Shown: one piece after another, positions 10,312 to 21,537 of the stretch | Position numbering within the stretch: position 1 is the stretch's first letter | Layout of the letters: each line of letters begins with the position of its first letter | Assembly: GCA_964291285.2 (NCBI GenBank) | Contig: OZ219785.1 | Coordinates: 96,001-160,000 of the forward strand | From: Alphaproteobacteria bacterium | GTDB lineage: Bacteria; Pseudomonadota; Alphaproteobacteria; Bin95 | Reading direction: 5' to 3' | DNA length: 64,000 nucleotides | The notes under the pieces: model-generated | The model's database searches: none | Seen by the model: the letters and a program-made list of their open reading frames with translations, nothing else | Told to the model about the DNA's origin: nothing | Program-made: the position numbers and the translations under genes

Positions 10312-10718
10312 ACATCATCGAGACGCTGGAGCGCGAACAGATCGAGCGGCTCACCGGGGAGCGCGGGATTCCGGACTTCCGCCCGGGCGACACGGTGCGG
10401 GTGAACTACAAGGTGGTCGAGGGCACGCGCGAGCGCATCCAGGCCTATGAGGGCGTGGTGATCGCGCGGCGCGGCGGCAGCAAGCTGAACGCCTCCTTCA
10501 TCGTGCGGAAGATTTCCTCCGGCGAGGGCGTCGAGCGCATCTTCCCGCTCTATTCGCCCAATATCGCCGGCATCGAGGTAATCCGGCGCGGACGCGTGCG
10601 CCGGGCGAAGCTCTACTATCTGCGCGAGCGGCGCGGACGGTCGGCGCGCATCGCCGAGCGCACCCGCGGCGTGGTGAGAAAGACGAAACGCAAGAACGGG
10701 AACGACGGCAATGAGTGA
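10308..10718 (+). CDS. rplS: 50S ribosomal protein L19
   Basis: [37 protein letters not shown]. Confidence 0.98.
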   Translation: MNIIETLEREQIERLTGERGIPDFRPGDTVRVNYKVVEGTRERIQAYEGVVIARRGGSKLNASFIVRKISSGEGVERIFPLYSPNIAGIEVIRRGRVRRAKLYYLRERRGRSARIAERTRGVVRKTKRKNGNDGNE

Positions 10719-12123
10719 ACCGCGCACCCTCTTCGACAAGATCTGGGCGAACCATCTGGTCGATACGCAGGAAGACGGCACCTGCCTGATCTATATCGAC
10801 CGCCACCTGGTGCATGAGGTCACGAGCCCGCAGGCCTTCGCGGGGCTCCGCGCCGCCGGGCGCGGCGTGCGCCGGCCCGACGCCACCATCGCGGTCGCCG
10901 ACCACAATATCCCGACCCGCCCGGGCGCCCGGGCGGGGGTGATCGAGAACGAGGAATCGCGCATCCAGGTCGAGACGCTGGAGCGCAATGTCGTCGAGTT
11001 CGGCGTGCCCTACTACCCGATAGAGGACGTCCGCCAGGGCATCGTGCACATCATCGGCCCGGAGCAGGGCATGACCCAGCCGGGCACCACGGTGGTCTGC
11101 GGCGACAGCCACACCTCGACCCACGGCGCGTTCGGCGCGCTCGCCTTCGGCATCGGCACCTCCGAGGTCGAGCATGTGCTGGCGACGCAGACGCTGATCC
11201 AGCGCCCGGCCCGCAACATGCAGGTGGATGTGGAAGGGCCGCTGCCCGCCGGCTGCACCGCCAAGGACCTGATCCTCGCCATCATCGGGCGCATCGGCAC
11301 GGCCGGCGGCACCGGCCATGTGATCGAATATACCGGCCAGGCGATCCGCGAGCTTTCCATGGAAGGGCGGATGACGGTCTGCAACATGTCCATCGAGGCG
11401 GGCGCCCGCGCCGGGCTGATCGCGCCCGACGACACCACCTTCGGCTATCTCAAGGGCCGCCCGCATGCGCCCAAGGGCGCGGCCTGGGACGCCGCGGTCG
11501 CGGTCTGGAAGCGCCTGCCCTCCGACCCCGGCGCGGTTTACGACACGGTCGTGCGCATCCCGGCCGGCGAGATCGCGCCCTATGTCACCTGGGGCACGAG
11601 CCCGCAGGACGCGCTGCCGATCACGGCAAGCGTGCCGGATCCGGCCGAGATCGACGACGCGGACCGGCGCCAGGCGGTGCAGCGGTCCATCGACTATATG
11701 GGGCTGCGCGCCGGCCAGCCGCTGCAGGAGATCGCCATCGACACGGTGTTCATCGGGTCGTGCACCAACGGGCGCATCGAGGACATCCGCGCCGCGGCCG
11801 CCGTCGCCCAGGGGCGCAAGGTGGCCGAGAATGTGCGCGCCCTCGTGGTGCCCGGCTCCGGCCTGGTCAAGGAGCAGGCGGAGGAGGAGGGCCTCGACCG
11901 CATCCTCACCGAGGCCGGCTTCGAGTGGCGCGATCCGGGCTGCTCGATGTGCCTGGCGATGAACGACGACAGGCTCAGCCCCGGCGAGCGCAGCGCGTCG
12001 ACATCGAACCGCAATTTCGAGGGCCGGCAGGGTCCCGGCGGGCGCACCCACCTGGTAAGCCCGGCCATGGCGGCGGCCGCTGCGGTCGCCGGCCGCCTCG
12101 CCGACCTGCGCGACCTGGACTGA
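10711..12123 (+). CDS. leuC: 3-isopropylmalate dehydratase large subunit
   Basis: [36 protein letters not shown]. Confidence 0.98.
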   Translation: MSEPRTLFDKIWANHLVDTQEDGTCLIYIDRHLVHEVTSPQAFAGLRAAGRGVRRPDATIAVADHNIPTRPGARAGVIENEESRIQVETLERNVVEFGVPYYPIEDVRQGIVHIIGPEQGMTQPGTTVVCGDSHTSTHGAFGALAFGIGTSEVEHVLATQTLIQRPARNMQVDVEGPLPAGCTAKDLILAIIGRIGTAGGTGHVIEYTGQAIRELSMEGRMTVCNMSIEAGARAGLIAPDDTTFGYLKGRPHAPKGAAWDAAVAVWKRLPSDPGAVYDTVVRIPAGEIAPYVTWGTSPQDALPITASVPDPAEIDDADRRQAVQRSIDYMGLRAGQPLQEIAIDTVFIGSCTNGRIEDIRAAAAVAQGRKVAENVRALVVPGSGLVKEQAEEEGLDRILTEAGFEWRDPGCSMCLAMNDDRLSPGERSASTSNRNFEGRQGPGGRTHLVSPAMAAAAAVAGRLADLRDLD

Positions 12124-12143
12124 GAGAGGGAGGACAGCCCCCC

Positions 12144-12758
12144 ATGCGCAAATTCGAGACCGTGACGAGCGTCGGCGCGCCGCTGCCGCAGATCAATATC
12201 GACACCGACAAGATCATCCCCGCGCGCTTCCTCAGGACCATCGAGCGCGAGGGCCTCGGGCGGCACCTGTTCAACGACATGCGCTTCGACTCCGAGGGCA
12301 ACGAGACCCCGGACTTCGTGCTGAACCAGCCTGCCTGGCGGGGGGCCAACATCCTCGTGGTGGGCGACAATTTCGGCTGCGGCTCGTCGCGCGAGCACGC
12401 GCCCTGGGCGCTGGCCGACTACGGCGTGCGCGCCATTCTCGGCACCGACTTCGCCGACATCTTCTACAACAACAGCTTCAAGAACGGCCTGCTGCCGATC
12501 AAGCTGCCGGCGGAGGAGCGCGACAAGCTGATGGAGGACGCGCAGCGGGGCGAAAACGCGCGCATCACGGTCGATCTCGAGAACCAGGTCATCACCCGCC
12601 CCGACGGCGAGGAGATCGCCTTCGAGGTCGATCCCTTCCGCAAGCACTGCCTGCTGAACGGCCTCGACGATATCGGCATGACCATGGAGCGCGCCGGGAG
12701 CATCGACAGCTTCGAAGCCAGCGACCGCATAGCCCGCCCCTGGCTCTACGCGGAGTAG
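12144..12758 (+). CDS. leuD: 3-isopropylmalate dehydratase small subunit
   Basis: [33 protein letters not shown]. Confidence 0.98.
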   Translation: MRKFETVTSVGAPLPQINIDTDKIIPARFLRTIEREGLGRHLFNDMRFDSEGNETPDFVLNQPAWRGANILVVGDNFGCGSSREHAPWALADYGVRAILGTDFADIFYNNSFKNGLLPIKLPAEERDKLMEDAQRGENARITVDLENQVITRPDGEEIAFEVDPFRKHCLLNGLDDIGMTMERAGSIDSFEASDRIARPWLYAE

Positions 12759-12776
12759 CGTCGGGGGCATCCGGCC

Positions 12777-13943
12777 TTGACCTTCCGGCTGGTCGATACC
12801 GGATGGGCTTCGGAACTGGAAGCCGGACTGGGTTCGGACTCCAGCGGGCTTCGTATTGTCTGTCCGTTCATCAAAAGTCAGGCCGTCAGTCGCCTGCTCT
12901 CGTTTCGGCCGGAAACCATACGGGTTATCACCCGTTTCGATCTTCGGGACTTTGCAGAAGGCGTCAGCGATATAGGCGCGTTGCGAAAGCTGCTTGATGC
13001 GGGCGCACGGATCCGGGGGATACGCAACCTTCACGCCAAGCTCTATCTTTTCGGCAATAGCCGCGCGGTCGTCACCTCGGCGAATCTCACAGAAGCCGGC
13101 CTCTGCCGAAACCACGAATTCGGCATGGTTACAAATGACACGGGCGCAATCGGTGTATGCCAAACCTATTTCGACGACCTCTGGCAGCGGGCCGGTGCCG
13201 ATTTAGAGCCCGCCCGGCTCAATGAGTGGCAAGAAACCGTTACCGAATATCGTGCGACAGGCAGGCGGCCGAGCAGATCGGCTAGCCTTCCCGACTTTGG
13301 TGCCGACGCCGGTATCGACGAACCTGCAAGAGGCCGGACTTCAATGGCAATTACGGACGCGTCTCAAGCATTCGTGAAGTTCCTCGGCGACCGCCGCAAC
13401 CGCGTCTCATTAGACTGCCCGACGCTGGAGGAACTTGAACGGGCGGGTTGCCATTGGGCTCTTGCTTACCCCAAGAACAGAAGGCCTCGGGGCGTTGAGA
13501 ACGGAGCCGTGATGTATGTAGCTCGGCTGGTCGAAGGACCGGATATCCGTATCTTCGGTCGGGGAATAGGAATGAAATACGTTGCGGGTCGCGACGATGC
13601 CACACCGGCCGACACCGAACAGCGCAACTGGAAGTCGAATTGGCCGCACTATGTCCGCGTCCATGACGCCGAGTTCGTCGCCGGCACAATGAGGAATGGT
13701 ATTTCCCTCAATGAGTTCATGGAAACTATGGGAGCGGACTCCTTTGTTTCCACGCAACGACATGCCGAAACGGGTTCAGGAAATACCAACCCGCGCCGCG
13801 CCTATATGCGGCAACCCGCCGTCAGACTTTCCGATCAAGGTTTCGCATGGCTCGACGAGTGGCTTGAGGATGCTTTCCGTCAATACGGCAAGATTCCGCA
13901 AGCAGAACTCGACAAGCTCGATTGGCCGGATAACCCAGCGTAG
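12777..13943 (+). CDS. PLD-family (HKD) nuclease with uncharacterised C-terminal domain
   Basis: IVCPFI, LHAKLYLFG...TSANLT...NHEFG; visibly lower GC than flanks. Confidence 0.8.
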   Translation: MTFRLVDTGWASELEAGLGSDSSGLRIVCPFIKSQAVSRLLSFRPETIRVITRFDLRDFAEGVSDIGALRKLLDAGARIRGIRNLHAKLYLFGNSRAVVTSANLTEAGLCRNHEFGMVTNDTGAIGVCQTYFDDLWQRAGADLEPARLNEWQETVTEYRATGRRPSRSASLPDFGADAGIDEPARGRTSMAITDASQAFVKFLGDRRNRVSLDCPTLEELERAGCHWALAYPKNRRPRGVENGAVMYVARLVEGPDIRIFGRGIGMKYVAGRDDATPADTEQRNWKSNWPHYVRVHDAEFVAGTMRNGISLNEFMETMGADSFVSTQRHAETGSGNTNPRRAYMRQPAVRLSDQGFAWLDEWLEDAFRQYGKIPQAELDKLDWPDNPA

Positions 13944-13981
13944 TTGCAGTTCGGCTCTATCGGACCCGCGGCAGGCCCGCG

Positions 13982-14365
13982 CTATCTTCGTCGCTGTTCT
14001 AGCACGAGGGCCTTCAGTTCCCGCAGTCCCGCCCGTATCTCGGCTTGCCCGGCCTTCAGCTCCTCCTGCCCGGCTTGCAGTTTCTTCACATCAGCCTGCA
14101 GCCTGGCGACATCGGTTTGCAGCACGGCGATGGCGGCGCTGTTGGCGTGGGTCTGGAAGGCCATCCATCCGAACAGGGCGAGGAAGCCTGCGGCGAACAC
14201 GCCGACCAGGGTGGTCGCCAAAGGATGAAAGCCGTGGCCGGAACGTCGCCGCTCGGCGAGCAGCCGGCGGAACTCCTGTATTTCGGCGGCGCTGAGCGGC
14301 GCGTCGGGGCTGTCGGCGGCCACGGGCAGCCTCCCGTCGAGGTCGGCAGGATTATGGCGTTCCAA
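13982..14365 (-). CDS. Small membrane protein with C-terminal heptad coiled coil
   Basis: TM segment LVGVFAAGFLALFGW followed by LQTDVARLQADVKKLQAGQEELKAGQ. Confidence 0.6.
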   Translation of the reverse strand: MERHNPADLDGRLPVAADSPDAPLSAAEIQEFRRLLAERRRSGHGFHPLATTLVGVFAAGFLALFGWMAFQTHANSAAIAVLQTDVARLQADVKKLQAGQEELKAGQAEIRAGLRELKALVLEQRRR

Positions 14366-14382
14366 GCCGCCGCCTGCAAGGA

Positions 14383-15549
14383 CTACACCCCCTCCAGGTC
14401 CAGCGGCAGGCCGGTGTAGTTTTCGGCGAGTGCGCGCCGCGCGGCGTCGGAGCCGAGCAGGTATTCCAGTTCCGCCCCCTGCAGGCGGCGCTCGAACCCG
14501 TCATGCGCGGGGTCGCGGTGCAGGAGGCGCGTCATCCACATGGAGAAGCGCTGCACCTTCCACACGCGCGCAAGGCAGGTGTCCGAATAGGCGTCGAGGC
14601 CCGCCTCGTCGCCGTCGCGGTAGTAGCGGGCGAGCGCGCGGGCGAGCGCCACCACGTCGGCGAAGGCGAGGTTCATGCCCTTGGCGCCGGTCGGCGGCAC
14701 GATATGGGCGGAATCGCCCGCGAGGAACAGCCGACCGTGGCGCATCGGCTCGGCCACGAAGGCGCGCATCGGCGTCACCGACTTCAGCAGCAGCGGCCCG
14801 CGGTTGAGGCGCACCGCGAGCCGGCGGTCGAGCTCGTCCCAGAGCTCGTCGGCCGTCCACCTGTCCGGGTCCTCGTCCGCCCGGCACTGCACATAGGCGC
14901 GCGTGAGCTCCGGCGAGCGCATGCTGAACAGCGCGAACCCCGCTTCGTGGCGGGCATAGACCAGCTCGTCCTGGAAGGGCGGCGCCTCGGCCAGCAGGCC
15001 GAGCCAGGCATAGGGGAACTCCCGGTGGAAGAGCGTCAGCGCCCCGGCGGGAATGGCAGCGCGCGAGACGCCGTGATAGCCGTCGCAGCCGGCGATGAAG
15101 TCGCAGGCGAGCGTGCCGCCCGGCCAGACGAGGCGCGGCTCGGGGCCGTCGATGCCCTCCAGCTGCACGCCCTCGACCTCGAAGCGCACATCGCCGCCGG
15201 CTTCGAGCCGCGCCGCCACGAGGTCCTTCACCACCTCGTGCTGGGCATAGACGGTGACGCCCTTGCCGCCCGTCATCTCCATGAAGTCGATATGGCGCCG
15301 CCGCCCGCCGGTCGAGATTTCGATGCCGCGGTGGCGGAGCGCCAGCTTCGCCATGCGCGCGCCGAGGCCCGTGCGGTCGAGCAGGTCCACGCTGCCCTGT
15401 TCCAGCAGCCCGGCGCGCACCCGCGCCTCGATCCAGCCGCGGGACCGGCGCTCCAGCACCACGCTTTCGATGCCGGCGCGGGCGAGCAGGTGGGAGAGCA
15501 TGAGGCCGGCGGGGCCGGCGCCGACGATCCCGACCCGGGTGCGCTCCAC
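14383..15549 (-). CDS. pobA: 4-hydroxybenzoate 3-monooxygenase
   Basis: GIVGAGPAGL, RVRAGLLEQG, GCDGYHGVSR, GDSAHIVPPTGAKGMNLA, AENYTGLP. Confidence 0.95.
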   Translation of the reverse strand: MERTRVGIVGAGPAGLMLSHLLARAGIESVVLERRSRGWIEARVRAGLLEQGSVDLLDRTGLGARMAKLALRHRGIEISTGGRRRHIDFMEMTGGKGVTVYAQHEVVKDLVAARLEAGGDVRFEVEGVQLEGIDGPEPRLVWPGGTLACDFIAGCDGYHGVSRAAIPAGALTLFHREFPYAWLGLLAEAPPFQDELVYARHEAGFALFSMRSPELTRAYVQCRADEDPDRWTADELWDELDRRLAVRLNRGPLLLKSVTPMRAFVAEPMRHGRLFLAGDSAHIVPPTGAKGMNLAFADVVALARALARYYRDGDEAGLDAYSDTCLARVWKVQRFSMWMTRLLHRDPAHDGFERRLQGAELEYLLGSDAARRALAENYTGLPLDLEGV

Positions 15550-15554
15550 GGCCG

Positions 15555-16802
15555 CTATTCGCCCGGCGCCGTCCGGACGGTCTGCGCCGCGTCCGCCTTC
15601 GCCTCGGCCGGCAGCTTCATCGCCGCCAGCACCACCACCACCGCCACCGCCGCCATCGCATAGAAGAGCAGCGCGAAATCGCCGGTATGGTCGAAGCCGA
15701 GCCCCAGAAGCGGCATCGCGACCACGCCGCTGCCGAGCGAGAGCGCAAACCGGATGCCGTATGCGGTCGAAAGCCATTGCTCGGGCATGTAGCGCGCAAA
15801 CAGCAGGTCCGAGATCGGCTGGTTGCCGACGACGATCGCCGTTCCGAGCGTCAGCACCGCGACCATCGGCATGTCGTAGGCGAAGGCGGCGGCGGCGAGT
15901 GCAGGCGGCAGGCCGGCATAGACGCCGATGAAGAGGCGGCGCAGCGGGAAGCGGTCGGCCAGCTCGCCGCCGACCAGTTGGGCGAGCCCGCTGACCACGA
16001 GAATGCCGGACGCCGTCGCCGACAGCAGGAAGAGGTCGTCGCCGAAGATGGAGACGCGATGGTTGACGATCTTCGGCAACCCGTTGGTGACGGCCTGGAA
16101 GATCAGGCCGGTCGCCAGGGTGATGATTCCGAGGATGACCATGGCGCGCATGAAATCGCGCCGCTCCGCTTCGGGCCGGGTCCGCCAGGCCTGCATGAAC
16201 GCCCGGCGCCCGGAACCCTGAGCCGGCGCCCTGGCGCGCGCGCGGCGCAGCGGCAGGCTCTCCCGGAACCGCATGTGGAAGACGACGCCGAGCGCAATCG
16301 ACACCAGGCCCGGCACGATGAACACCGCCCGCCAGCCGCCGGCGGCCAGCAGACCGCTCATGATGATGGGCGTCACCGCCATGCCGGCGCTGCCGAACAC
16401 GCCGTTGATGCCGAGCAGCCGCCCGCGCCTGTCGCCGGCGCCGCGCACGATCAGCGGGATGCCGACCGGGTGGTAGATCGACGCGAAGATGCCGACCAGG
16501 AAAAGGCCGGCGCCCAGCGTGACCGGGCCGTCGGCGAAGCCGGTAAGTATCGAGGAGGCGCCGATGCCGACGAAGAACACCGTCATCATGCCGGGCCCGG
16601 ACCAGCGGTCGGCGAGCCAGCCGGCGAGCGGCCCGCCGAGGCCGAACACGATCGTCGCCGGGGTGAACAGCACCGCAAGCTCGCCGTAGGTCAGCCCCCA
16701 GAAGGGCGCGACCGAGGTGGCGATCACGGCCATGAACAGCAGCATGAAGATATGGTCGATGCTGTGGCCGACGCAGAGGAAGAGGAAGGGGCCGGTCCTC
16801 AT
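15555..16802 (-). CDS. MFS transporter
   Basis: Many hydrophobic segments, GWLADRW motif, ASIYHPVG. Confidence 0.9.
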   Translation of the reverse strand: MRTGPFLFLCVGHSIDHIFMLLFMAVIATSVAPFWGLTYGELAVLFTPATIVFGLGGPLAGWLADRWSGPGMMTVFFVGIGASSILTGFADGPVTLGAGLFLVGIFASIYHPVGIPLIVRGAGDRRGRLLGINGVFGSAGMAVTPIIMSGLLAAGGWRAVFIVPGLVSIALGVVFHMRFRESLPLRRARARAPAQGSGRRAFMQAWRTRPEAERRDFMRAMVILGIITLATGLIFQAVTNGLPKIVNHRVSIFGDDLFLLSATASGILVVSGLAQLVGGELADRFPLRRLFIGVYAGLPPALAAAAFAYDMPMVAVLTLGTAIVVGNQPISDLLFARYMPEQWLSTAYGIRFALSLGSGVVAMPLLGLGFDHTGDFALLFYAMAAVAVVVVLAAMKLPAEAKADAAQTVRTAPGE

Positions 16803-17140
16803 CGCGCCCGCTCCGCCTCCGGCTCCAGCACTTCATCGCGCACCCAGGAGAGGAAGTCCGCATCGCCGCCCGAGATCGGCAGCGCCACGACGCAGGGGCT
16901 GTCATAGCTGTGCGCCTCGCGCACCCGGCGGGAGGCCGCCTCCACCCGGTCCTCGACGGTCTTCGCCACCAGCACGACCTCGCCTTCTTCCTGCACCGCG
17001 CCCTGCCAGCGATAGACGGAGGTGGCCGCGCCCAGCACATTGGCGCAGGCCGCGAGCCGCTCGCCGACCAGCATACGCGCGAGCGCCAGCGCTTCCTCGC
17101 GGTCGCCGGCGGTCATGTAGAGGAGGCAGGGGCGGGACAT
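16799..17140 (-). CDS. cutA: Divalent-cation tolerance protein CutA
   Basis: LVGERLAACAN, SVYRWQG, HSYDSPCVVALP. Confidence 0.92.
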   Translation of the reverse strand: MSRPCLLYMTAGDREEALALARMLVGERLAACANVLGAATSVYRWQGAVQEEGEVVLVAKTVEDRVEAASRRVREAHSYDSPCVVALPISGGDADFLSWVRDEVLEPEAERAR

Positions 17141-17148
17141 GGCCGTCT

Positions 17149-17892
17149 TCATGTCACGAGACCGCGCAGGTTGGCAATGCCGAGCACGAGCAGGCCGCCC
17201 ATGACGAGCGTGCGGAACCGCCCGACCGGCATCGCCTCGCGCAGCCGGCCGCCGGCGACGAGGCCCGCCAGCGCCGGCAGGAAGGCCGCGGCGGAAACTG
17301 CCCAGTCCCCGGCGCTCGCGAGCAGGCCGTGGCCGGCGAGCGCCGCGGCCAGGGTGGAGGAGCCGGCAAGCAGGGTCCAGCCGAGCAGCCCGACCATGGC
17401 GCCGGGCTCCATGCGCAGCGCGAGCAGATAGACGCCGAGCTGCGGGCCGAACACGCCGGTAACGCCGCCCACCGCGCCGACGGCCGCGCCGACCAGCGGC
17501 GTGGCGGCCGGCTCCAGCCGCTCCGGCAGCCGGGGCTCCCAGCGCATCCAGGAGACGGCGACATAGCCGATGACGGTGAGTCCGACGAGCGCGTTCAGCA
17601 GGTCGGGATCGCCCCCGGCGATGAAGCCGGACGCGATCCAGACGGCCGCCATCAGCGGCAGCACGAGGCTCAGCAGTTGGCGCAGGCCCGGCCGGTGGCG
17701 CCATGTCGCCCAGATCTGCCAGACATTCGCGGCGACCAGCGAGACCGCGATCAGCGGCAGCGCCTCGCGGAGCGGCATGACGATGGCGAGCACGGAGATC
17801 ATGACGAGCGGCATGCCGAGCCCGATGGCGCCCTTTATGAGCCCGCCGAGGAACATTCCGGCAATCGCGACGGCCAGCGTGAACGGCTCCAT
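17149..17892 (-). CDS. TauE/SafE (TSUP) family permease
   Basis: GGLIKGAIGLGMP, GGVTGVFGP, multiple TM helices. Confidence 0.88.
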   Translation of the reverse strand: MEPFTLAVAIAGMFLGGLIKGAIGLGMPLVMISVLAIVMPLREALPLIAVSLVAANVWQIWATWRHRPGLRQLLSLVLPLMAAVWIASGFIAGGDPDLLNALVGLTVIGYVAVSWMRWEPRLPERLEPAATPLVGAAVGAVGGVTGVFGPQLGVYLLALRMEPGAMVGLLGWTLLAGSSTLAAALAGHGLLASAGDWAVSAAAFLPALAGLVAGGRLREAMPVGRFRTLVMGGLLVLGIANLRGLVT

Positions 17893-17924
17893 GGACGCCC
17901 TCTCCGGGAGCCGGGTCCGGCATC

Positions 17925-18001
17925 TGGTCGGAGCGGCAGGATTCGAACCTGCGACCCCCACACCCCCAGTGTGATGCGCTACCAGACTGCGCTACGCTCC
18001 G
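17925..18001 (-). tRNA. tRNA-Pro (GGG)
   Basis: CGGAGCGTAGCGCAGTCTGGTAGCGCATCACACT-GGG-GGTGTGGGGGTCGCAGGTTCGAATCCTGCCGCTCCGACCA; cloverleaf with encoded CCA. Confidence 0.97.
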
Positions 18002-21000
18002 ACGCCGGGAACATACCCGCCGGGCCGCTGCCTGCGCAAGCGGCGGTGGGCGAGCAGGGCTGTCACGAACCATCGTCCCGGCGGGTAAGCTTGACATGAG
18101 CCGCGGCGCGGGAAGAGTCCGCGCCAGATATCGACATCGGACGCTGCATGGCAGAGATATGAGGTGTTGACGCACTTCTTGAAGCAAGGCGTCCGGCAAA
18201 AGGTTGAACACAGGCTACTGTCCCGCAATGGTCCAGAAAGACAGGCCTCAGGCCGCCTCCGACAATTCCCATTTCAGGTTGATACGCTATTGGCGCTCAT
18301 GCGTTGCAGACGTGGCCCTCGGCAAAGGGCGCTTCAGCCGAAGGGAGCTGTCCTCCGGCAGAAACGGTTTCGTCGAGCTCTCCACGGATGAGCTGTTCTC
18401 GGGCTGCGCCGACATGGAAACGGTCAAGCGCATATTCCGAAACCGGGACGAGAATATCGAACAGATGCCCGTGTGCCTCCGGCCGCTGCTCGCGGCTCGG
18501 CGGACGTCGCATGGCGTGGAGCGCCTCGACAGCCTGCCAGACTATGTCGCGCCTATCGCGACATTTGCGCTGGTGGCGCGCAAGGACGGCAGCGTATGGC
18601 CTCAGCGGACGGTTATCGCCCGCGACGTGCTGGAGCCGCTCCCGGAAGGGGCGTTTTCTATCGGAACCGTTGAGGCCCTCGACAGTTTTCTGGCGGAAAC
18701 GCCGTTTTCGGGACCCGGCGAGAACGAACCCCATGACACGGTTTGGAAAAACTATCGCGACGACTGCAAGCGGCTGTTGGATACGGTAACGGGCGGATGG
18801 CCCCAGGAGGGGACGGAATATGAGAGAGCCGGCAGGGGTCTGATGGACGTCTCCGCCGATGCTGCCGCTACCGTTCGCGGCATTCTGAGGCTTTATGACA
18901 ACATCCTGGAAGCGAAACCGGCCGCCCCATTGCTGGAAAATTTCGCGATTGCTGCAGCGAAGCCGGTTTCTCCGGGCCTCGATACGCCCTACGACTTCGT
19001 GGCATGCCTCGGACATGCGACCGACGAGTTTCCACTGGCCGACAAGCAGCGTGACGCACTTGCGCATCTGGCTGTAGCCGAAGACGGCGAAATACTTGCA
19101 GTCAACGGCCCTCCGGGTACGGGGAAGACCACCTTGCTGCTTTCGGCGATCGCCAGCGAGTGGGTGCGCGCAGCCAGAGCGGGCGGCGATCCGCCGGTCA
19201 TTGCCGCCGCGTCCGCCAACAATCAGGCGGTCACCAACATTATCGATGCCTTCGCAAACGACTTTGCGTGCGGCAAAGGACCCTTTGCGGGGCGGTGGCT
19301 GCCCGATATTGGAAGCTTCGGCCTGTTTCTCGCATCGAGGTCGCGCGAGGCGAGGGCCGCCGACAAGTATCAGACGGAAGACTTCTTCACGAGGCTGGAA
19401 ACGGCGACCTATGTGCGGCGGGCGATCGAGAAGTATCTCGCTGCGGCGAAGGACGCGCTGCCGCAGCTCCAGACGGTCGATTTGAAATCTGTCGTGGACG
19501 CGCTGCATGCCTCGATTGAGGCAGAGGTCGGGAAACTCGAGGCCGCAGACGCTATGCGCAAGCGGTTGTCGGCGGCGTTGGGAAAAGTCGAAAACATATT
19601 GGGAGCCAATCCGGAAGAGAGGCTGGACGCTCTTGAAACGAACCGGGCGCAGATTGCAGGGGAAGAGGCATCGAACAACAGGCTGTTGTCGGAATGGACG
19701 AAATACCTGGCAGACGAGTCGATGTTGCTGTCCTTGTTCGGCTTCCTGCCGCCGGTTGCCCGGAAGCGCAGGCTCAAGGCGCGGGCGTTCCTGCAAGGGA
19801 CGGGATACAGCGGAGACCTCAAGGCCCGGTTCGACATCGGGGCGGTGGAGCCGGAACTGATTCGCCGGGTCGACACAAGTCGGGAACGGCTTGGAAGGGC
19901 GAACGCCGATCTGGCCCAGGGCAAGGACGCAATGGCCGGGCTGACGCGCGCATGCAGCGACTACGCTGACGCCCTGAAGAGCTTGGGGGCCGACGCCACT
20001 CACCCGGAAGACCATGACGCTGTGGAAAGGACGCTGGATTGCGGTGGCCGCTTCCGTTTGTTCCTGCTGGCGACGCATTACTGGGAAGGGCGCTGGCTCC
20101 TCGAAATGGAGGACCTTCTGCCGAATATCGGCGACGAGCAAAGGCGAAGAGGTGAAAAGGTAGTCGCGCGACGGTGGCGGCGGCGAATGATGCTGACCCC
20201 CTGCATGGTTTCGACATTTGCGACGCTGCCCGGAAAGATGACCGTTTCAAAATATGCAAACGGGGAATTCAGTGAAGAGTACCTCTTCAACTTCATCGAC
20301 CTGTTGATTGTCGATGAGGCCGGGCAGGTATTGCCCGAAGTAGCCGGTGGGTCCTTCGCGCTTGCCAAAAGGGCGTTGGTAATCGGTGACACTCAGCAGA
20401 TTGAACCGATTTCCCTGCTTCCCAGGTCCGTCGATATCGGCAACCTCATGGAAAGCGGCCTCCTTTCGGAAAGCCATACCGAAGAAGACCTGGACCGTAT
20501 CGACAAGCTTGGAATCGCGTCGAAGGGCGGCAGCGTCATGCAGGTCGCACAGTCCGCCTGCCGCTACCGGCCTGAATCGGAGTTGGACCGGGGTCTCTAC
20601 CTGTTCGAACATCGGCGCTGTTTCGACGAGATCGTCTCCTACTGCAACGCCTTGTGTTACAAGGGCAAGCTCCAGCCCCGTCGCGGTTCGGCACTCGGCG
20701 GCGGCCCGCCGGAACCGGGAACCGGGCTCGTCCCGTTCGCCTATCTTCATGTTGACGGGATTTGTACTGCGTTCGGAGGCAGCCGTCGGAACAGCACCGA
20801 GGCGCGGACAATCGCTGCATGGCTGGCCGCGCAGCGGGCGGCGCTCGAAGGCGCATACCGGAAACCTCTCGAAGAAATCGTTGGCGTCATAACCCCGTTC
20901 GGCAGGCAGGTCCGCGAAATCCGAGACGCATGCAAGGCTGCCGGCGTCCGCGTCGATGGGCGCGGCGGCATGACTGTCGGCACCGTCCATTCGCTTCAGG

Positions 21001-21537
21001 GAGCAGACCGCAATATCGTGATTTTCTCGCCGACCTATTCCAAGCATGCGGACGGCGAGTTCATCGACATGTCTCCAAGTATGCTGAATGTCGCCGTCTC
21101 CCGCGCCAAGGACAGCTTCCTGACATTCGGCGACATGGACCTGTTTTCCATCGCGGCGTATGGCACGCCGAGACGCCTGCTGGGTGAATTTCTGCTCGCC
21201 CGACCCGAAAACGCATTGGAGTTCGATGTCCTGCCGCGAGACGATCTTGCGCCGTCGGACAAGGCAATAGAGGCGCTGCAGGACGCGAAGGAACATGACG
21301 CCTTTCTGCTAGGCCTTCTGAGCAGCGATGCGAGAAAAGTCACCATCGTCAGCCCATGGGTCGTGGCCCGCACTATGGAAAGGACCGGAATCATTGCTGC
21401 GCTCGGAAGGGCTCGGAAACAAGGTATGGAAATCGACATCTATGTCGATCCTGCTCTGAACGAAGGAGACGCCGGGCAAGGACGCTCCAACCTTGAGCGG
21501 GCCGAGGCGGCTTTTTCGGAGATCGGCGTAAAGCTAA

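Noticed and set aside
14383-17040. 885-aa ORF as a fusion protein
   Set aside because: High-GC read-through frame over the MFS gene; only the pobA part has motifs
17925-18001. tRNA-Pro as island integration site
   Set aside because: No duplicated 3' end seen and the adjacent foreign gene lies on its 5' side
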